Origin: Tubulanus polymorphus
Lineage: Eukaryota; Animalia; Nemertea
Reading direction: 5' to 3'
Assembly (NCBI RefSeq): GCF_964204645.1
Contig: NC_134026.1
Location: forward strand, 12,237,950-12,301,949
Length of the DNA stretch: 64,000 bases
Shown here: positions 23,441 to 37,025 of the stretch, in pieces
How the letters are laid out: the number at the start of each line of letters is the position of its first letter
Numbering within the stretch: position 1 is the first letter of the stretch
Translations under genes and position numbers: made by a program
The notes under the pieces: generated by a model
Databases searched by the model: none
What the model was told of the DNA's origin: nothing
The model's input: the letters and a program-made list of their open reading frames with translations, nothing else

Positions 23441-24071
23441 TGATGCTTGAAGCTGAACTCTTATGGCCTCCTTTCTTATTTTTACAATAGGTCGGCATTT
23501 TGACACAAAAACTGCCATAGCTCATTCCATTCTTGCGAAATGCAATACCCGAAAATATAGCTAGTAACTAAGGGAACACTTGGTAGATTCAAATATAAAC
23601 GAAAGATCAAGGTAATTGATCAAAGCGTCTTCAAAATTTCACTCGAAAACTTCGAAAATGTGTAAAAAGTGCTGATTTTGGCGAACAACAATGGCTGCCA
23701 GTCGGCCATCTTGAATCTGACAGGGCCAGTTTTTGGGCTGAAGATGTGTCTAGGGTAGATACATGTATAAACCAAATATCAAGACATAACCTTGAAGCGT
23801 CTTCAAAACTTCCCAAATTTACTGGATTCCGTCTACGGACGACAAGTGAACGCAATAGCCTGCTGGGACTTAAGTCCCAAGTGGGCTAAAAACCAATGAC
23901 CTTGAAACTCACCACAATCATAGAACATGTCAGCAGCTACGATTTTGTAATTGATTGTGATAACAAAATCTGCCTCGTTACCAATCTAATATGGATATGG
24001 AAATACTAAGTTATTCTACTATTCAACGCCCCCTGGTGACCACATTCAAAACCCAATAACCTGGTAACTAA

Positions 24072-24072
24072 C

Positions 24073-24108
<36 letters not shown>

Positions 24109-27100
24109 TAATAATGTCACATTTATATAGCACCTGTTTCACTAACAATAATGTTCACCAGCGCTTTGTATGGTAGTGGTGCTGAATTCACAGAGCATAG
24201 GCTTTGCAAAAAAGCAAATGTTTTTCTCTATGTTTGAAAGTGTTGATTTCAGTTATATTCCGTATATTTGTGTCGAGAGAGTTCCACAGAGTTGGAGCAA
24301 TACATTGGAAGCTACGTCCACCATAGGTTTCAAGACGGTAGCGATAAGTGGTTAGAAGATTGCAAGAACTGGATCTAAGTGAACGTGCCGGTACATATGG
24401 AATGAGCAGATCACGCAAATACACAGGAGCGAAGTTGTTTAGACACTTGAACACAAGTAATAGAATCTTATAGTCAATCCGCTGTTGATCAGGGAGCCAG
24501 TGGAGCGAAATTAAAACTGGTGTAATATGCTCTCTCGACCTTGTCAGAGTGACTAATCTGGCTGCACGGTTTTGGATAAGCTGGAGTATGTGTACTAAGC
24601 ATTTACACCCACTAAACATGAATTGCAGCAGTCAATCCTGGACAATATGACAGACTGAGCAAGCAGTTGGTAGCCTCAGTAGTTAAGTGACGCCTCGCCA
24701 AACCGATAGTACGGAGATGGAATGATGTCGTTCGCATGATACTACTAACGTGGTTGTCCGTGGCTAATTTAGAATCAAACATAACTCCAAGCTTGCGTAT
24801 AGGCACCGTAGAAAGTGGGATCCTATGATCATCAATGTTGATATACTGCAGATTGATGTTAAGCATAGCCTGATCTGTACCTATTAGGATCGCTTCAAAT
24901 TTGTCCAGATTACACTTTAACTTGTCATTGAGCCAGCGATTTACTAACGAGCCCTGTGTTTCGATGATAGTAACCTGCTTGCCTATACTTGAACCTCTGC
25001 AATTAAATGGCATGTATATCTGCTTGTCATCAGCGAAACCATGATGGTGAACAATACTTCCATTGAACAACTGGGCTAGAGGAAGAATGTACACCAGAAA
25101 CAGTAAAGGGCCGAGTACTGACCCTTGGGGCACGCCACACGCGAGTACTTTAGATTCAGAATGATGGCCATTTAAAACAACACACGGTTTGCGATTAGAC
25201 AGGTATGACTGAAACCATTTTAAGGCAGTACCTGTCACACCTAAAGCGATCTGTAGCCGTTTGATATGAAAGGTCGAAATGATCGACAGTGTCAAATGCT
25301 GCCAAGGCCATGCTTGTCAACCATGGAGCGTAAGTCACTTTGCACTTATAACAGAGCCGTTTCAGTACTATGACCTGGTTTGTATGTAGACTGAAGCGAA
25401 TCGTGTAGACCGTTTGCATCCATGTATGCTGTTAATCGTGCAGCAACAACTCTCTCGAGCACTTTAGAGAGAAAGGATAGATTGCTCAAAGGCCGGTAGT
25501 TTTTTAGGACATCAGCATCAAGGTTAGGGACACCACAGCCACCTTAAAGGAATCCGGAACTAACCCTTCAGCGAGGGACTTGTTGACAATGTCGGCGATC
25601 ATAGGAATGATTGCTGGCAGAATTGACTGAAGAAACCACATTGGCACTGGGTCCAGGTTGCACCATTTTGTAGGTGACTTTTTTACTATAGTTGACAGCT
25701 CATCTGGCGACACCGGATAGAATTCAGGTAACTCTGATAAAAAACTATAATTATCGGAACTGAGTTGAGCGTCATGAGCTAAACTCCTTCGAATCAATTC
25801 AACTTTACTAGCAAAAAAGTCAGCGAACTTATTGGCCAGGATCAGAGTGAGCTGGCAATTTCTTGGTATTATCCTTCAACAGAATCTCGTTTAAAACATT
25901 GTACATAGCTTTACAATCTGAACCCCCTGCGACTATTCTAGTGTTAAGGTGCTTTGCTTTCGCATTTGTAACTAGCCCATTATAGTGAGCCTTAGCGGCA
26001 CGAAAAATGTCGTAGTGGATTGTCAAATGAGCTTTGCGCCAAATATTTTCAGCATGTTTTGCTGACTTTGCCTGTACGTGATCAGGTGTAAACCACGGCT
26101 GAACTATTCTAGCAGGTACAAGACATTTGCGTGGTGGCGCATGACTGTCAATTATTTGACTTAAAGAAGTATCATAACAATGACACAGTTGAGCTACGTC
26201 AAGGTCCGTATCAGATGGTGGTAGCAACATGATATCCGATATAACAGCATCAGGATCAACACCGCGCAATTTCCTCACTACCACTTCATGCTTGACAGCT
26301 GATGGTTTCGGGAAATCTACGACACACACAATAAGATTGTGATCAGACACCACGGCCCTTCTACATATCCTTTTAAGAATATGACTGTCCTGCATAGTGA
26401 TAACTGCGTCTAAAGTGTGGAGTGATCGATGTGTCGGGAAAGTCACTGCGTCTAAAGTGTGGAGTGATCGATGTGTCGGGAAAGTCACATGTTGTACTAA
26501 ATTGAAGGAATCCAGTAAATTGTTGAATTTGACAGTTTCAGGAGAATGAACTTGGTCAAGATGGAAGTTGACATCCCCAACGAGTAGAATTTCACCGGAC
26601 TCAGACATAAGGTCAAGTAGAAAGGGTGAAACTTCTTGAAAGAACATAGACACTGTGAACTTGTTCTTTTTTGATGGTGGTGGCCTGTATAGAATAACTA
26701 AATGTAAAACACAGGATCCAAGACTAAATTTTGTAGCACAAGCTTCAAAGCAAGTCCCTGACAGATTGTAAGACCTCTTTTTCGACTTTCAGGCTGCTTT
26801 TAAATAAAAGACCAACTCCACCAAAACCGATATTTTTCGGACGAGGAAAATTAATGAAGTCATAGCCTGGAGCGCTAATCGCAGTTTTATAACAACTGTC
26901 CCGTTCAGCTGACGTAATCCAAGTTTCATTGAGGCAGAAAATATCCAGATCATGATTCTTGACTTCAATTAGTAGCTGGTCATATTTATTCCTAATGGAC
27001 TGAGCATTTAGGAAACCGAGGGTTAATCCTTTATGTGCAAACCCCCAGGTATGTCCTTAACCACGTTTGCTACACCTGGTTGTAGTCCTTTTCAGAATGT

Positions 27101-27603
27101 TTAAATGTTTAAGCTTTTCACTGAGTTGAATGTCAGTAAGTGTGCCAGCATTCCTCAATTTATGCAAGTAATCGCTTGTGAATGATTGCATGGTCATTTA
27201 CCATATCACAGTAATCAACAATCTACAGGCATTTATATATTGCTCTAATGAGAGACTTTGTCAGTTTTGTAACATGAATGTAGTAGAAGACGAATTTCAT
27301 GTACTCCTAATCTGCCCTTTCTACAGAGAAGAACGGGAGAGATTTATTCCGAGAAACATTCGCAGTAATCCTAATACTTCCAAATGTGTAAAATTTTTAA
27401 GTAAATCATGTAACATGAAAATCCTCCACCAGTACTTATATATAGTTCAAGTCAAAAGGGAGTCTGTTAATTTATAACTCTAAAGATACAATGTTATCTA
27501 TTATTTCCTGTACGCATAATCCTTGAATGCGGTTATCCGTCATCGTTGTACTAAATTTTGTTAATTATGTACTCCTCATAAAAGTATTCTACTTTGACAA
27601 TAA

Positions 27604-27643
<40 letters not shown>

Positions 27644-27885
27644 ACAACATGAGTGAGATCTCAAGGTCAGTAGTTCCAAAATTGATTCACAAAAAGGCCA
27701 GAAAACAGCATAAGAACAAACTCGAGCACGGAAGAACCTTCATCAGCACAGTCAGAACACATTCATAACAAATCGAGTACAGTCCAATTCAGACACCACC
27801 CATAGCTAACACGTTATTTCCAGCTATTAGGGGAGAAAAACAGGAGCAACACTCCAGCGCTACACTGTTGCCACCTGGACACCTG
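24072..27885 (-). mobile_element. L2/CR1-group non-LTR retrotransposon, near full length, frameshifted
   Basis: APE (GFLNAQSIRNK, LNETW, VGDVNFH, HTLDAV, SDHN), RT (AAFDTVDH, GVPQGSVLGPLLF, FADD) and L2-type C-terminus (HITPVLISLHWLP...APTLWNSL). (ATT)n 3' tail at 24072-24114. Confidence 0.9.
27232..27640 (+). mobile_element. 3' fragment of a second LINE, nested in the 5' region of the L2-like element
   Basis: ERLCQFCNMNVVEDEFHVLLICPFYREER is a CCHC C-terminal LINE motif, followed by AATAAA and a (TA)n tail. Confidence 0.75.
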
Positions 27886-28921
27886 ACCACAATCATAGAA
27901 CATGTCATGAACTACAACTTTGCAATTGATCATGGTGGCAAAATATGCCTAGGTACCAATATAATGAGGAAATACTAGATTATTCTACTATTCAACGCCC
28001 CCTGGTGACAATATAAAATAACTAACTTCCTTAAAACACACTACAATCACAGACGATGTCATGAGCCACAACTTTGCAATTGATTGTGGTAACAAAATAT
28101 GTATTGGTACAAATATAATATAGAAATACCAAGATATTGTATTATTCAACACCCCCTGGTGGCCATATACAAAAACCAATGAACTTGAAACTCGCCAAAC
28201 TCATAGAACACGTTATAAGCTACAACTTTCTAATTCATTGTCGTAACAAAATATGCTCAGGTATCAATTATTGTGGAAAAACTTTTTCCCACCTACGCAT
28301 GAGTATTGATGACACAAAGATGGCCGCCAATTGCATCATAATTGGCTGATCAAAAATACCTGTCTCAGGTATAAAACATCCCTTTCCAAAGAATACCCAT
28401 CAGCAATTGCAATGGCAAACCAGTAGGAAGCTACAGGACTCAAAATTCAGGCCAAAATTGACATTTTTGGGCACTTAAAAGGCCCTAGGACGACCATCTT
28501 GAGTCCGATCGACCCAATTTTTGTTATGCTGATGGGCCCTGGGGCAGGGGTTCAAATATATACGAAAGATCAAGGTAATTGATCAAGGCGTCTTCAAAAT
28601 TTCCCTCAAAAAGTTCAAAACATGTAAAAAGTGCTGATTTTGGCGAACAACTATGGCTGCCAGTCGGCCACCTTGATTCTGACAGGGCCAGTGTTTGGGC
28701 TGAACATGTGGCTAGGGTAGACAAATGTGTATCCTAAATATCAAGACATTACATTGGAGCGTCTTTAAAACTTCCCAAAATAACAGGATTACGTCTACGG
28801 ACGGACGACAGACGAAAAGTGAACGCTATAGCTAATACTTGCTTCCATCTACAGATGTCTAATGGACATACACTGCAAGTAAAATATGTACGTATAATAC
28901 CTAATATTCCGGTTATCTTAC

Positions 28922-29207
28922 CATGACTTCCATAGTTGTAAATAAGCACTGAGCTATCTTGGCTACCTTCCGAGGAGAATTCTCCAACGTGGAAAAACTG
29001 GAAGACACCGAGCGAATTTTTATCACACCCACCACCTTTCAAATAAATCCAGTGAGGTTCTGCCAGTGCCGTGCACAGGATAACAATTATAACCATGCTA
29101 CACGCTGCAGCCAAAAAGTTCCTTTCTTTATGCTTCATGTGACGTCTTCGGCTACCGACGCTGCGACGTTGCAGAGGGGAATCGAATCCGGGGAATTGTA
29201 CCGGCAT
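28922..29207 (-). CDS. TMEM127: TMEM127 orthologue, first coding exon
   Basis: MPVQFPG...KERNFLAAACSMVIIVILCTALAEPHWIYLKGGGC resembles human ERSLASA...LCTALAEPAWLHIHGGTC. Donor CAT G|GTAAGA at 28922/28921. Confidence 0.9.
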
Positions 29208-30409
29208 TTCTAACAGTTTGCAAAAGCTTTTCCTAACCACGATACTTGTTTCTAAGGAAATATTATTTGAAACGCTTCCTCTACTGACATTTCATCGATA
29301 CGATTTCACATCTTGTCATTGCTATGCCATTGCAGTCAATCACAAAATCTGAAAATGTAAATCAACTATAATCAATAATACATTTGAAAGGCCAATTCCA
29401 AGAACATGTCTATCGCACTTTTGAGCCCAAACATCTACTTTTACTAAGTAGCCACTTGAGAACAATAAGCAATTACCGGTAACAATATTGGCTACTTTTC
29501 CAGCAGTATACAATTCAAAACAGTCACTCTGAAATAGTATTCCTTTCAATTTGGTTGGTTTTCTATACTGGCTGTTTCGAAGAGTCTACAATTGAAAAGT
29601 GACCATTTTAAAAGATCTGGTTTTTGAGTTGCTAAGAATCCCCTAAATCATATTACGCTCAACAAAATGACAATATCCAATAGGAAAACTATTGATTTAG
29701 ATAACATCATCATGGATTAAATCCATTAATACTAATATAGTGCCAGTCCTAATTTAGAATTTTGAAATTTGCGATTATAAAACATTCTGGTGCGTTCATA
29801 AATCTTTGATTTTGGAGAAAAGAATGACAAAAAACAAATTAGTCATTTAGGCTTAATTTGTTTTTAAGGATAGATGTGAGAGAGTATACAAATAAAATCA
29901 TATGCTCATAAAATGAATTACGTCCTATTTATCTCATTATCTGGATGACGACTACAAAAAATATTTTTTTTTAATGTATTGAATGTACTTAGAATTAACC
30001 TTGAATTTATTGTTTATTTCGATTCAAACGATTTTCAAGTAATCCATGTGATGTTCACTTTGTCACGCTGTATGTTCGTTAATGAATATTGAATCCTTTT
30101 ATAGCTTGCTATAAGTGATACCCCTCAGGGATGAAAATAGGAAAATCCGCGGAAATTATGAAAAATCATTAACTTACCCTTACTGACAACACAACTCTTC
30201 CTGCCGCTGTAATGGGCAGAATGCGAGCACTAACGAAACAAAATGGGAGTTTGGCCTGAGGTATTCAGAAAAACTGTGGATGCATGTTATCAGGAAACCC
30301 ATTTTTACCACGGGTACTTGAACATGGGTGTTGATAATGGAAAACATTTAATAATTTGGAACGAAAAACCCTTCGATCGAACAATATACTTGTTTGAACA
30401 AAACACTTA

Positions 30410-31119
30410 ACACCCCCCTGGTGGCCATATACAAAAACCAATGCCCTTGAAACTCACCAATATCATAGAACACGTTATGAGCTACAACTTTCCAATTGAT
30501 TGTGGTAACAAAATATGCTTAGGTATGAATATAGTGTGGAAAAACTTTTTCCCACCTCTGCGAATCAGTACTGATGACACCAAGATGGCCATCAATTGCG
30601 TCATAATTGGCTGATCAAAAATATCTGTCTCAGGTATAAAACATCCCTTTCCAAAGAATACCCATCACAAATTGCAATGAGAAATAGTAAACCAGTAAAA
30701 AGCTACAGGACTCAGAATTCGGGCCAAAATTGACATTTTTGGGCACTAAATAGCCTAGGTCATAGGACGGCCATCTTGAGTCCGGTAGACCCAATTTTTC
30801 TTATGCTGATGGGCCCTTGGGGGATTCAAATAGGCCTATATCCAAAAGATCAAGTTTCCTCAAAAAGTTCAAAAATGTGTAATAAGTGCTGATTTTTGCG
30901 AACAACAATGGCTGTCAGTCGGCCATCTTGATTCTGGCAGGGCCAGTTTTTGGGGTGAAGATATGGCTAGGGTAGATACATGTGTAACCCAAATATCCAG
31001 ACATTAAATTGAAGCGTCTTTAAAACTTCCCACAAAAACTGGATTCCGTCTACAGACGGACGATGGACGAAAAGTGAACGCAATAGCCAGTTGGGACTAA
31101 AGTCAGAAGTGGGCTAAAA
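30410..31119 (+). mobile_element. HINE family A, 3' half
   Basis: Same subrepeat, GACG microsatellite and GGGACTAAAGTC..AAGTGGGCTAAAA end as the other copies. Confidence 0.75.
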
Positions 31120-31369
31120 ATGTGGTTTATTAGAATAGACTTAGTTGAATGGTAGAAAATTTCAGGAATTCTTTTTGAAAGTTTTGATTTCCCGAATTCT
31201 GGAAATTTCCGGATGTCTGGCAACACTGACCATGTCTACTTGGGAAGGGGTCTCAAATGCTCAGCAATTTAACAATTTCAATTTTCAACGTCCAGTGTTG
31301 CCAGCACCTAGCTATATTTCTGGATATCAAATCATGGGTGAGAACACTGACCTATAAAATCAGCGGTAT

Positions 31370-31900
31370 TTTTCTTGAGTTACACATGCAAACCAGCACT
31401 TCGGAAAGATGGGGTCCCTAGGTCTGCCACCCTTTAAAACTGCAAATGGTATGACGAACCAGCCAATTACAAAGTTAGTGTCTCTGGAAATTAATTGTGA
31501 ATTGAACTCATTTGTTTCAGCACAGGAAATTCAGGATCAATCATCGATGGATATGCAGGAGGATGTAAGTCAGGTCCAAGTTAACTCTTGTCGCACTAGA
31601 AGGAAAGCTGCAGGGGATGCACTGGAGCGCATCCGACATATTTATTTTAGAAATGATACTTCTCGTGCCTCAGAGGAAGAACGAGGAGAGTAAGCAATAA
31701 TTAGTGTTGCGTAATAAGCAAGTGCTTAATTATGTTTCTATGTGGTCAAGCATGATCATCAACGTGGAATGGATGGAAATTGGCGGTTTATTTGCAACTT
31801 ACAGACATCTCAATTCAACGTGACTGTAAAAATTTCAACTGATGTTTTCTCTCTTTTTTCTCATCTCGTAGATCATGCCCCGGTGAATGTCAGAAATCGA
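31370..31900 (+). pseudogene. BEL/Pao 3' remnant (integrase tail, PPT/LTR start)
   Basis: KTANGMTNQPITKLVSLEI...RTRRKAAGDALERI, with GCCCCGGTGAA-TGTCAG at ~31877-31892. Confidence 0.55.
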
Positions 31901-32249
31901 TATTAGTTCGGTGGTTTTCAATCTTAGATTTATATTCATAATGTATAGGTACAACAGTACTAACTCATGGTAGTATGAACTTATCCTCTAGCCTGTTATT
32001 CAACTGACAATAGTTTTCATATCAGGTTATTCAAAGTTTTCAGGATTAAATGTATTCGAATTAGGTCGTGTATATCAATTTGCAACTGAACAATTCAAAA
32101 CTTGGCTTATAAAAGTCTGACTATTCTGTAATAAAATCAGTTCTACATATGTTAACAACCAGAGTTGCCTTCTGTCTGTCTGTCTGTCCGTCTTCACCGC
32201 CGCCTAAGGAAGAGGGTTACAGTCAGCCACCACACCACAAAAAACTTTG

Positions 32250-32722
32250 TTTTTCAATCTAAAACTAAAACTTTTATTTATATGACACTTACTTGTGATA
32301 TTACAGTGAGGCCTATCCTATTCCATCCGACTGTGAGAGACTATCAATTTGTGAAATGTCTTTAAGTAATATAAAAGACAAGGTAGATGACGAGGAATGA
32401 GCAGAAGGGAAAAACTTTACCGCAACACTAGGTCACACAGGCACCAAGTATTTCCCTTCAATCTTCGCATGTAGCAGGATTTCTTTATGACATAACTTAG
32501 CCGGCTGTATGACATTCGGTGACCTTGTGTTGCCGTCTGAACGCCTTTTAAGTTTTTCCTATGTGCTCACGCTTCGTCAACTGCCTTGTCTTTTATGATA
32601 CTGTAGACATTTCAACAAATTTGATAGTGTCACATATGCCTAATCGATGTGATAGTAGGATATATCGGTGTCATATCACATGTCATATAGGGCTAAAATA
32701 GACGTTTTGATTTTAGATTGAA
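32250..32722. mobile_element. Palindromic MITE
   Basis: TTCAATCTAAAA...ATAAAAGACAAGG.AG.TGACGA is mirrored by TCGTCAACTGCCTTGTCTTTTAT...TTTTAGATTGAA. Confidence 0.55.
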
Positions 32723-35267
32723 CTAGGGGTCCAGGGACACCATGCCCACTGGGAAGTGGTTTCAAATGCTCAACAATCTAACTATTTCAATATTCAACGC
32801 CCCCTGGTGACCATATACAAAAACCAATGACCTTGAAACTTACTACAATCATGGGACATGCCAGCAGTTACGATTTTGTAATTGATTGTGAATAACAAAA
32901 TGTAAAAACCCAATGATCTTGAAACTCACCACAATCATAGAACATGTCATGAGCCACAACTTTGCAATAGATCGTGGCAACAAAATATGTCTAGGTACAA
33001 ATATAATCAGGAAATACAAAGAAATTCAACAATTAAATGCCCCCTGGTGACCATATAGAATAACAAATGTCCTTAAAAACTCACCATACTTATAGCCGAT
33101 GTCATGAGCTACAACTTTGCAATTGATTGTGGTGTAACAAAATATACGGGTACAAATATAATATAGAAATACAAAGTTATTGCATTATTCAACGCCCCTG
33201 ATGGCCATATACAAAAAGCTTAGCAATGACCTTGAAACTCACCAATATTATAGAATGAGCTAAAACTTTCCAATCTATTGCCCAGAGATGAGAACGCCGA
33301 CCTTTGAAATACGCGGCCTTTTACACGCTACTGTAAAGACTTACACACGCTAACAAGGTGATGGCTCAGCCGTCAGCACTCATGAGCACCGAAGGTGCAA
33401 AGCAACGTAGGGGGTGTTTAGGGGCCCTCCCCCAAGAAAATTCTAGAAATTAAAAGTGTTTTCCGAGCACTTAAAGCGATCTTGAACCCATGAATGACTA
33501 TCATATTTTGGAAGGTAATGGCTAATTCCAATGAGGCACATCCTCAGTCTATAACAATCAGCATCTCATGCATTACACGTCGAGCCCTGAATTATTGCAT
33601 TTAAAATGCACCGATGAATGCTCACTAAAAATCATCACAAAGTCAGTATAATATCTGAAGGCGTTCACCATGTATGCGCGCGGCAACAGTAGTAGGCCTA
33701 TATACATTACTACTGTTGCCAAGCGCGTGTCTGTCTGCAACCAATCGTTACAATACATACACATCGAAGTAGATACAAAATCAGTGTTGCAATAAATACG
33801 CATTGAAATGCAATAGGCCTACGCGGTAAAACAGGCCCTGAATGCTTTTACGGTTCACCCGATTACCAATCGCGCTGGGCTAGCTGAGTGACTGAGACCA
33901 TCATCAATCGGATCCACGGGGAATTCTCATCTCTGATTGTGGTAACAAAATGTGCTTAGGTATCATTATAATGTGGAAAAACTTTTTTCCACCTACGAAT
34001 GAGTACTGATGACATCAAGATGGACGCCAATTGCGTCATAATTGGCAGATAAAAAAAAAATGCCTCAGGTATAAAAGATCCATTTCCAACAGAAAACCCT
34101 AATAAATTATTTGTGGGATTATGTGGGATTGCAAATTTTTGGGGAATTGTGAGAAATGGCGATTGGGTATCAGGTCGACCGGGCATTAAGTACCGTGGCT
34201 GCCACTCGATCTCTCTTGAGTCCGGGTTAAAGTAGACATTGTCATTTGAAATGGCAATAGGCTTGTTTATGTTATTCTGTATGAATTACACATGTGTTTT
34301 GTATGTTGTGTTTCCTATTTTCAAATTTGTAACTTTATTGAATTTGGGAATCTTTTCTTATGTGTAATGACAAACATAAGTATCAATAAAGAATTGAATT
34401 GAATTGCCACCTGAAACACATATCATCAGAGGACGCAGAGCCTTATACGACAGCTATGCTATTATAAATTGCTAATCGGGATCGTTCTCATACCCGGCCC
34501 TAATATCGAACATATTTTCTAAAACATTTTAATATTGAAATCATATGTTTACACATTTTTATATTGATAGCTAGTAGCCGCCAATAAAATTCAGGCCAGT
34601 AATACACAGATTGTACATAGCTTCGTCATTCCACAGGCATACCCATTCAGGTTCTTACTTTTATATCAAACTTCCACATCGTGTAGGTATACATCCGCCA
34701 TCTAACCGGATAATCCGATTTACTTATCATTTCTATTTATGCCTGTCGCTTCTGATATAATCATACAACCATTTCTATCACAATACGACTTCTAATGATA
34801 TTCAGTGCAATATAACATTTCGACGTTCAAATAGAGTTCATTACATAATCACAGCTCATTATATATTCACAGGGAGCCATTCTACATCTTAGTCAATAAT
34901 ATTTTGCCAAATAGCTTGTATATGTACACATAGACCTGTGACGTTTGGCACATCGATTTAGGGTTGTCGTTAGTAAAATGACGCTGAATGGTTAACATTG
35001 TTTAAGTTTCATAATGGTAACATCATATAAGTCGTAAAAAAATGTGTAAAAAGTGCTGATTTTACTGAGGCCTCTTGATTCTGATAGGGCCAGTTTTTGA
35101 GCTGAAGATGTGTCCAGGGTGGATACATGTGTAACCCAAATATCAAGACATTCTATTGAAGCGTCTTAAAAACTTCCCAAAATAACTGGATTCTATGGAT
35201 GGACGAATGACGGACGAAAAGTGAACGCAATAGCCCGCGGGGACTTAAGTCCCAAGTGGGCTAAAAA
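32722..35267 (+). mobile_element. HINE family A copy fragmented by insertions (hAT-like MITE 33283-33935; LINE tail ending in (GAATT)n at ~34405)
   Basis: 5' end ACTAGGGGTCCAGGGACACCATGCCCACT at 32722 and 3' hairpin at ~35240-35262. The nested MITE has TIR CAGAGATGAGAA / TTCTCATCTCTG. Confidence 0.65.
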
Positions 35268-35769
35268 GTTATTCCACTTGATTTATTATAGGACGAATAG
35301 CTTAAAGCTACAAGTGTATAACAGGAAAAATTTATTCACATTTCTACGCAAGTATCCTAATTCAACTTGACTTGAGCACATCAAATCTGACCTAGCTATT
35401 GTCTGTCACACCTGCTCTCTGTGCGAGGTTTTGGTCTGTAATTTTGTTAATAATCAGTTCATCTCTAAATATTATGCATCAATTTGTTCAGTAAGGAATT
35501 TGCATTCAAAAATAAATCATGAAGTGGAATAGATTTGTCTATATTTCATTTATCAGCAATAGTTTACCTAGCATACGCTCGCGTAATGCTGAAAAACGGC
35601 TTTTATGGCCCATCACGAGGCACCACTTACTGTATTTTGATATGCTAATGAGCAGGTGATGATGTCACTGTAACGTATCCGAGTGTCCGCGGAGCAGATT
35701 TTTCAGCATTACGCGAGTGTATGCTGAGTAAACTATCGCTCATAAATGAAAACAAAAACAACTTTAGTA

Positions 35770-37025
35770 ACAAGGGGTCCTGGGACACCATACCCACTTA
35801 GGAAGTGGTTTCAAATGCTCAACAATCTAACGATTTCAATATTCAACGCACCCTTGTGACCATACACAAAAACCAATGAACTTGAAACTTACCTGTATCA
35901 TAGAACATGTCAGCAGCTATGATTTTTCATATTCAATTGTGATAACAAAATACGTCTCAATTTACCAATTTAATATGGAAATAAAAAGTAATTCTACTAT
36001 TCAATGCCCCCTGGTGACCACATGCAAAATCCAATGACCCTGAAACTCACCACAATCATAGAACATGTCTTGAACTACAACTTTGCAATTGATCATGGAA
36101 ACAAAATATGCCTAGGTACCAATCTTAAAAGGAAATACTAAGTTATTCTACTATTCAACGCCCCCTGGTGACCATATAGAATAATTAATGTTCTTGAAAC
36201 TCACCACGATCATAGACGATGTCATGAGCTACAACATTGCAATTGATTGTGGTAACAAAATATGCATTGGTAGAATTATAATATAGAAATACTAAGATAT
36301 TGTATAATTCAACGCCCCCTGGTGGCCATTAACAAAAACGAATGACCTTGAAACTCACCACAAGCGTAGAACACGTTATAGCCCTAAGCTACACTTTCAT
36401 TATGGTACAAAATATGTTTAGGTATCAATATAATGTCGAAATACTTTTTCCCACCTACAAATGAGTACTGATGACACCAAGATGGCCGCCAATTGCGTCA
36501 TATTTGGCTGATCCAAAATACCGGTCTCAGGTATAAAACATCCCTTTCCAAAGAATACCCATCAGCAATTGCAATGAGAAATCGCAGACTAGTAGGAAGC
36601 TGCAGGACTCTGAATTCTGTCCAAAATTGACTTTTTTGGGCACTAAAAGGTCATAGGACGGCCTTCTTGAGTCCGATCCACCCAATTTGTTATGCTGATG
36701 GGCCCTTGGGGAAATCATATATATACGAAAGATCAAGGTAATTGATCAAAGCGTCAAAATTTCCCTCAAAAAGTTCAAAAACATAGAAAGTGCTGATTTT
36801 GGCGAACAACAATGGCTGCAAGTCGGCCATCTTGATTCTGACAGGGCCAGTTTTTGGGCTGAAGATATGTCTAGGGTAGATACATGTGTAACCCAAATAT
36901 TAAGACATCAACTTGAAGGGTCTTCAAAACTTCCCAAAATAACTGGATTTCGCCTATGGACGGACGGACGATGGACGAACAGTGAATGCAATAGCCCGCT
37001 GGGACTAAAGTCCCAAGTGGGCTAA
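35770..37025 (+). mobile_element. HINE family A, full-length copy
   Basis: Subterminal IR (CCCACTT.GGA / TCCCAAGTGGG), several ~115-bp subrepeats, a GACG microsatellite and a 3' hairpin. Confidence 0.8.

Larger units (their letters stand above)
23570..28835 (+). mobile_element. HINE family A sequences split by a LINE insertion (23570-24070 and 27886-28835)
   Basis: A family A subrepeat stops at ~24070 and resumes as ACCACAATCATAGAACATGTC at ~27886. The 3' hairpin GGGACTTAAGTCCCAAGTGGGC lies at ~23865-23885. Confidence 0.7.
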
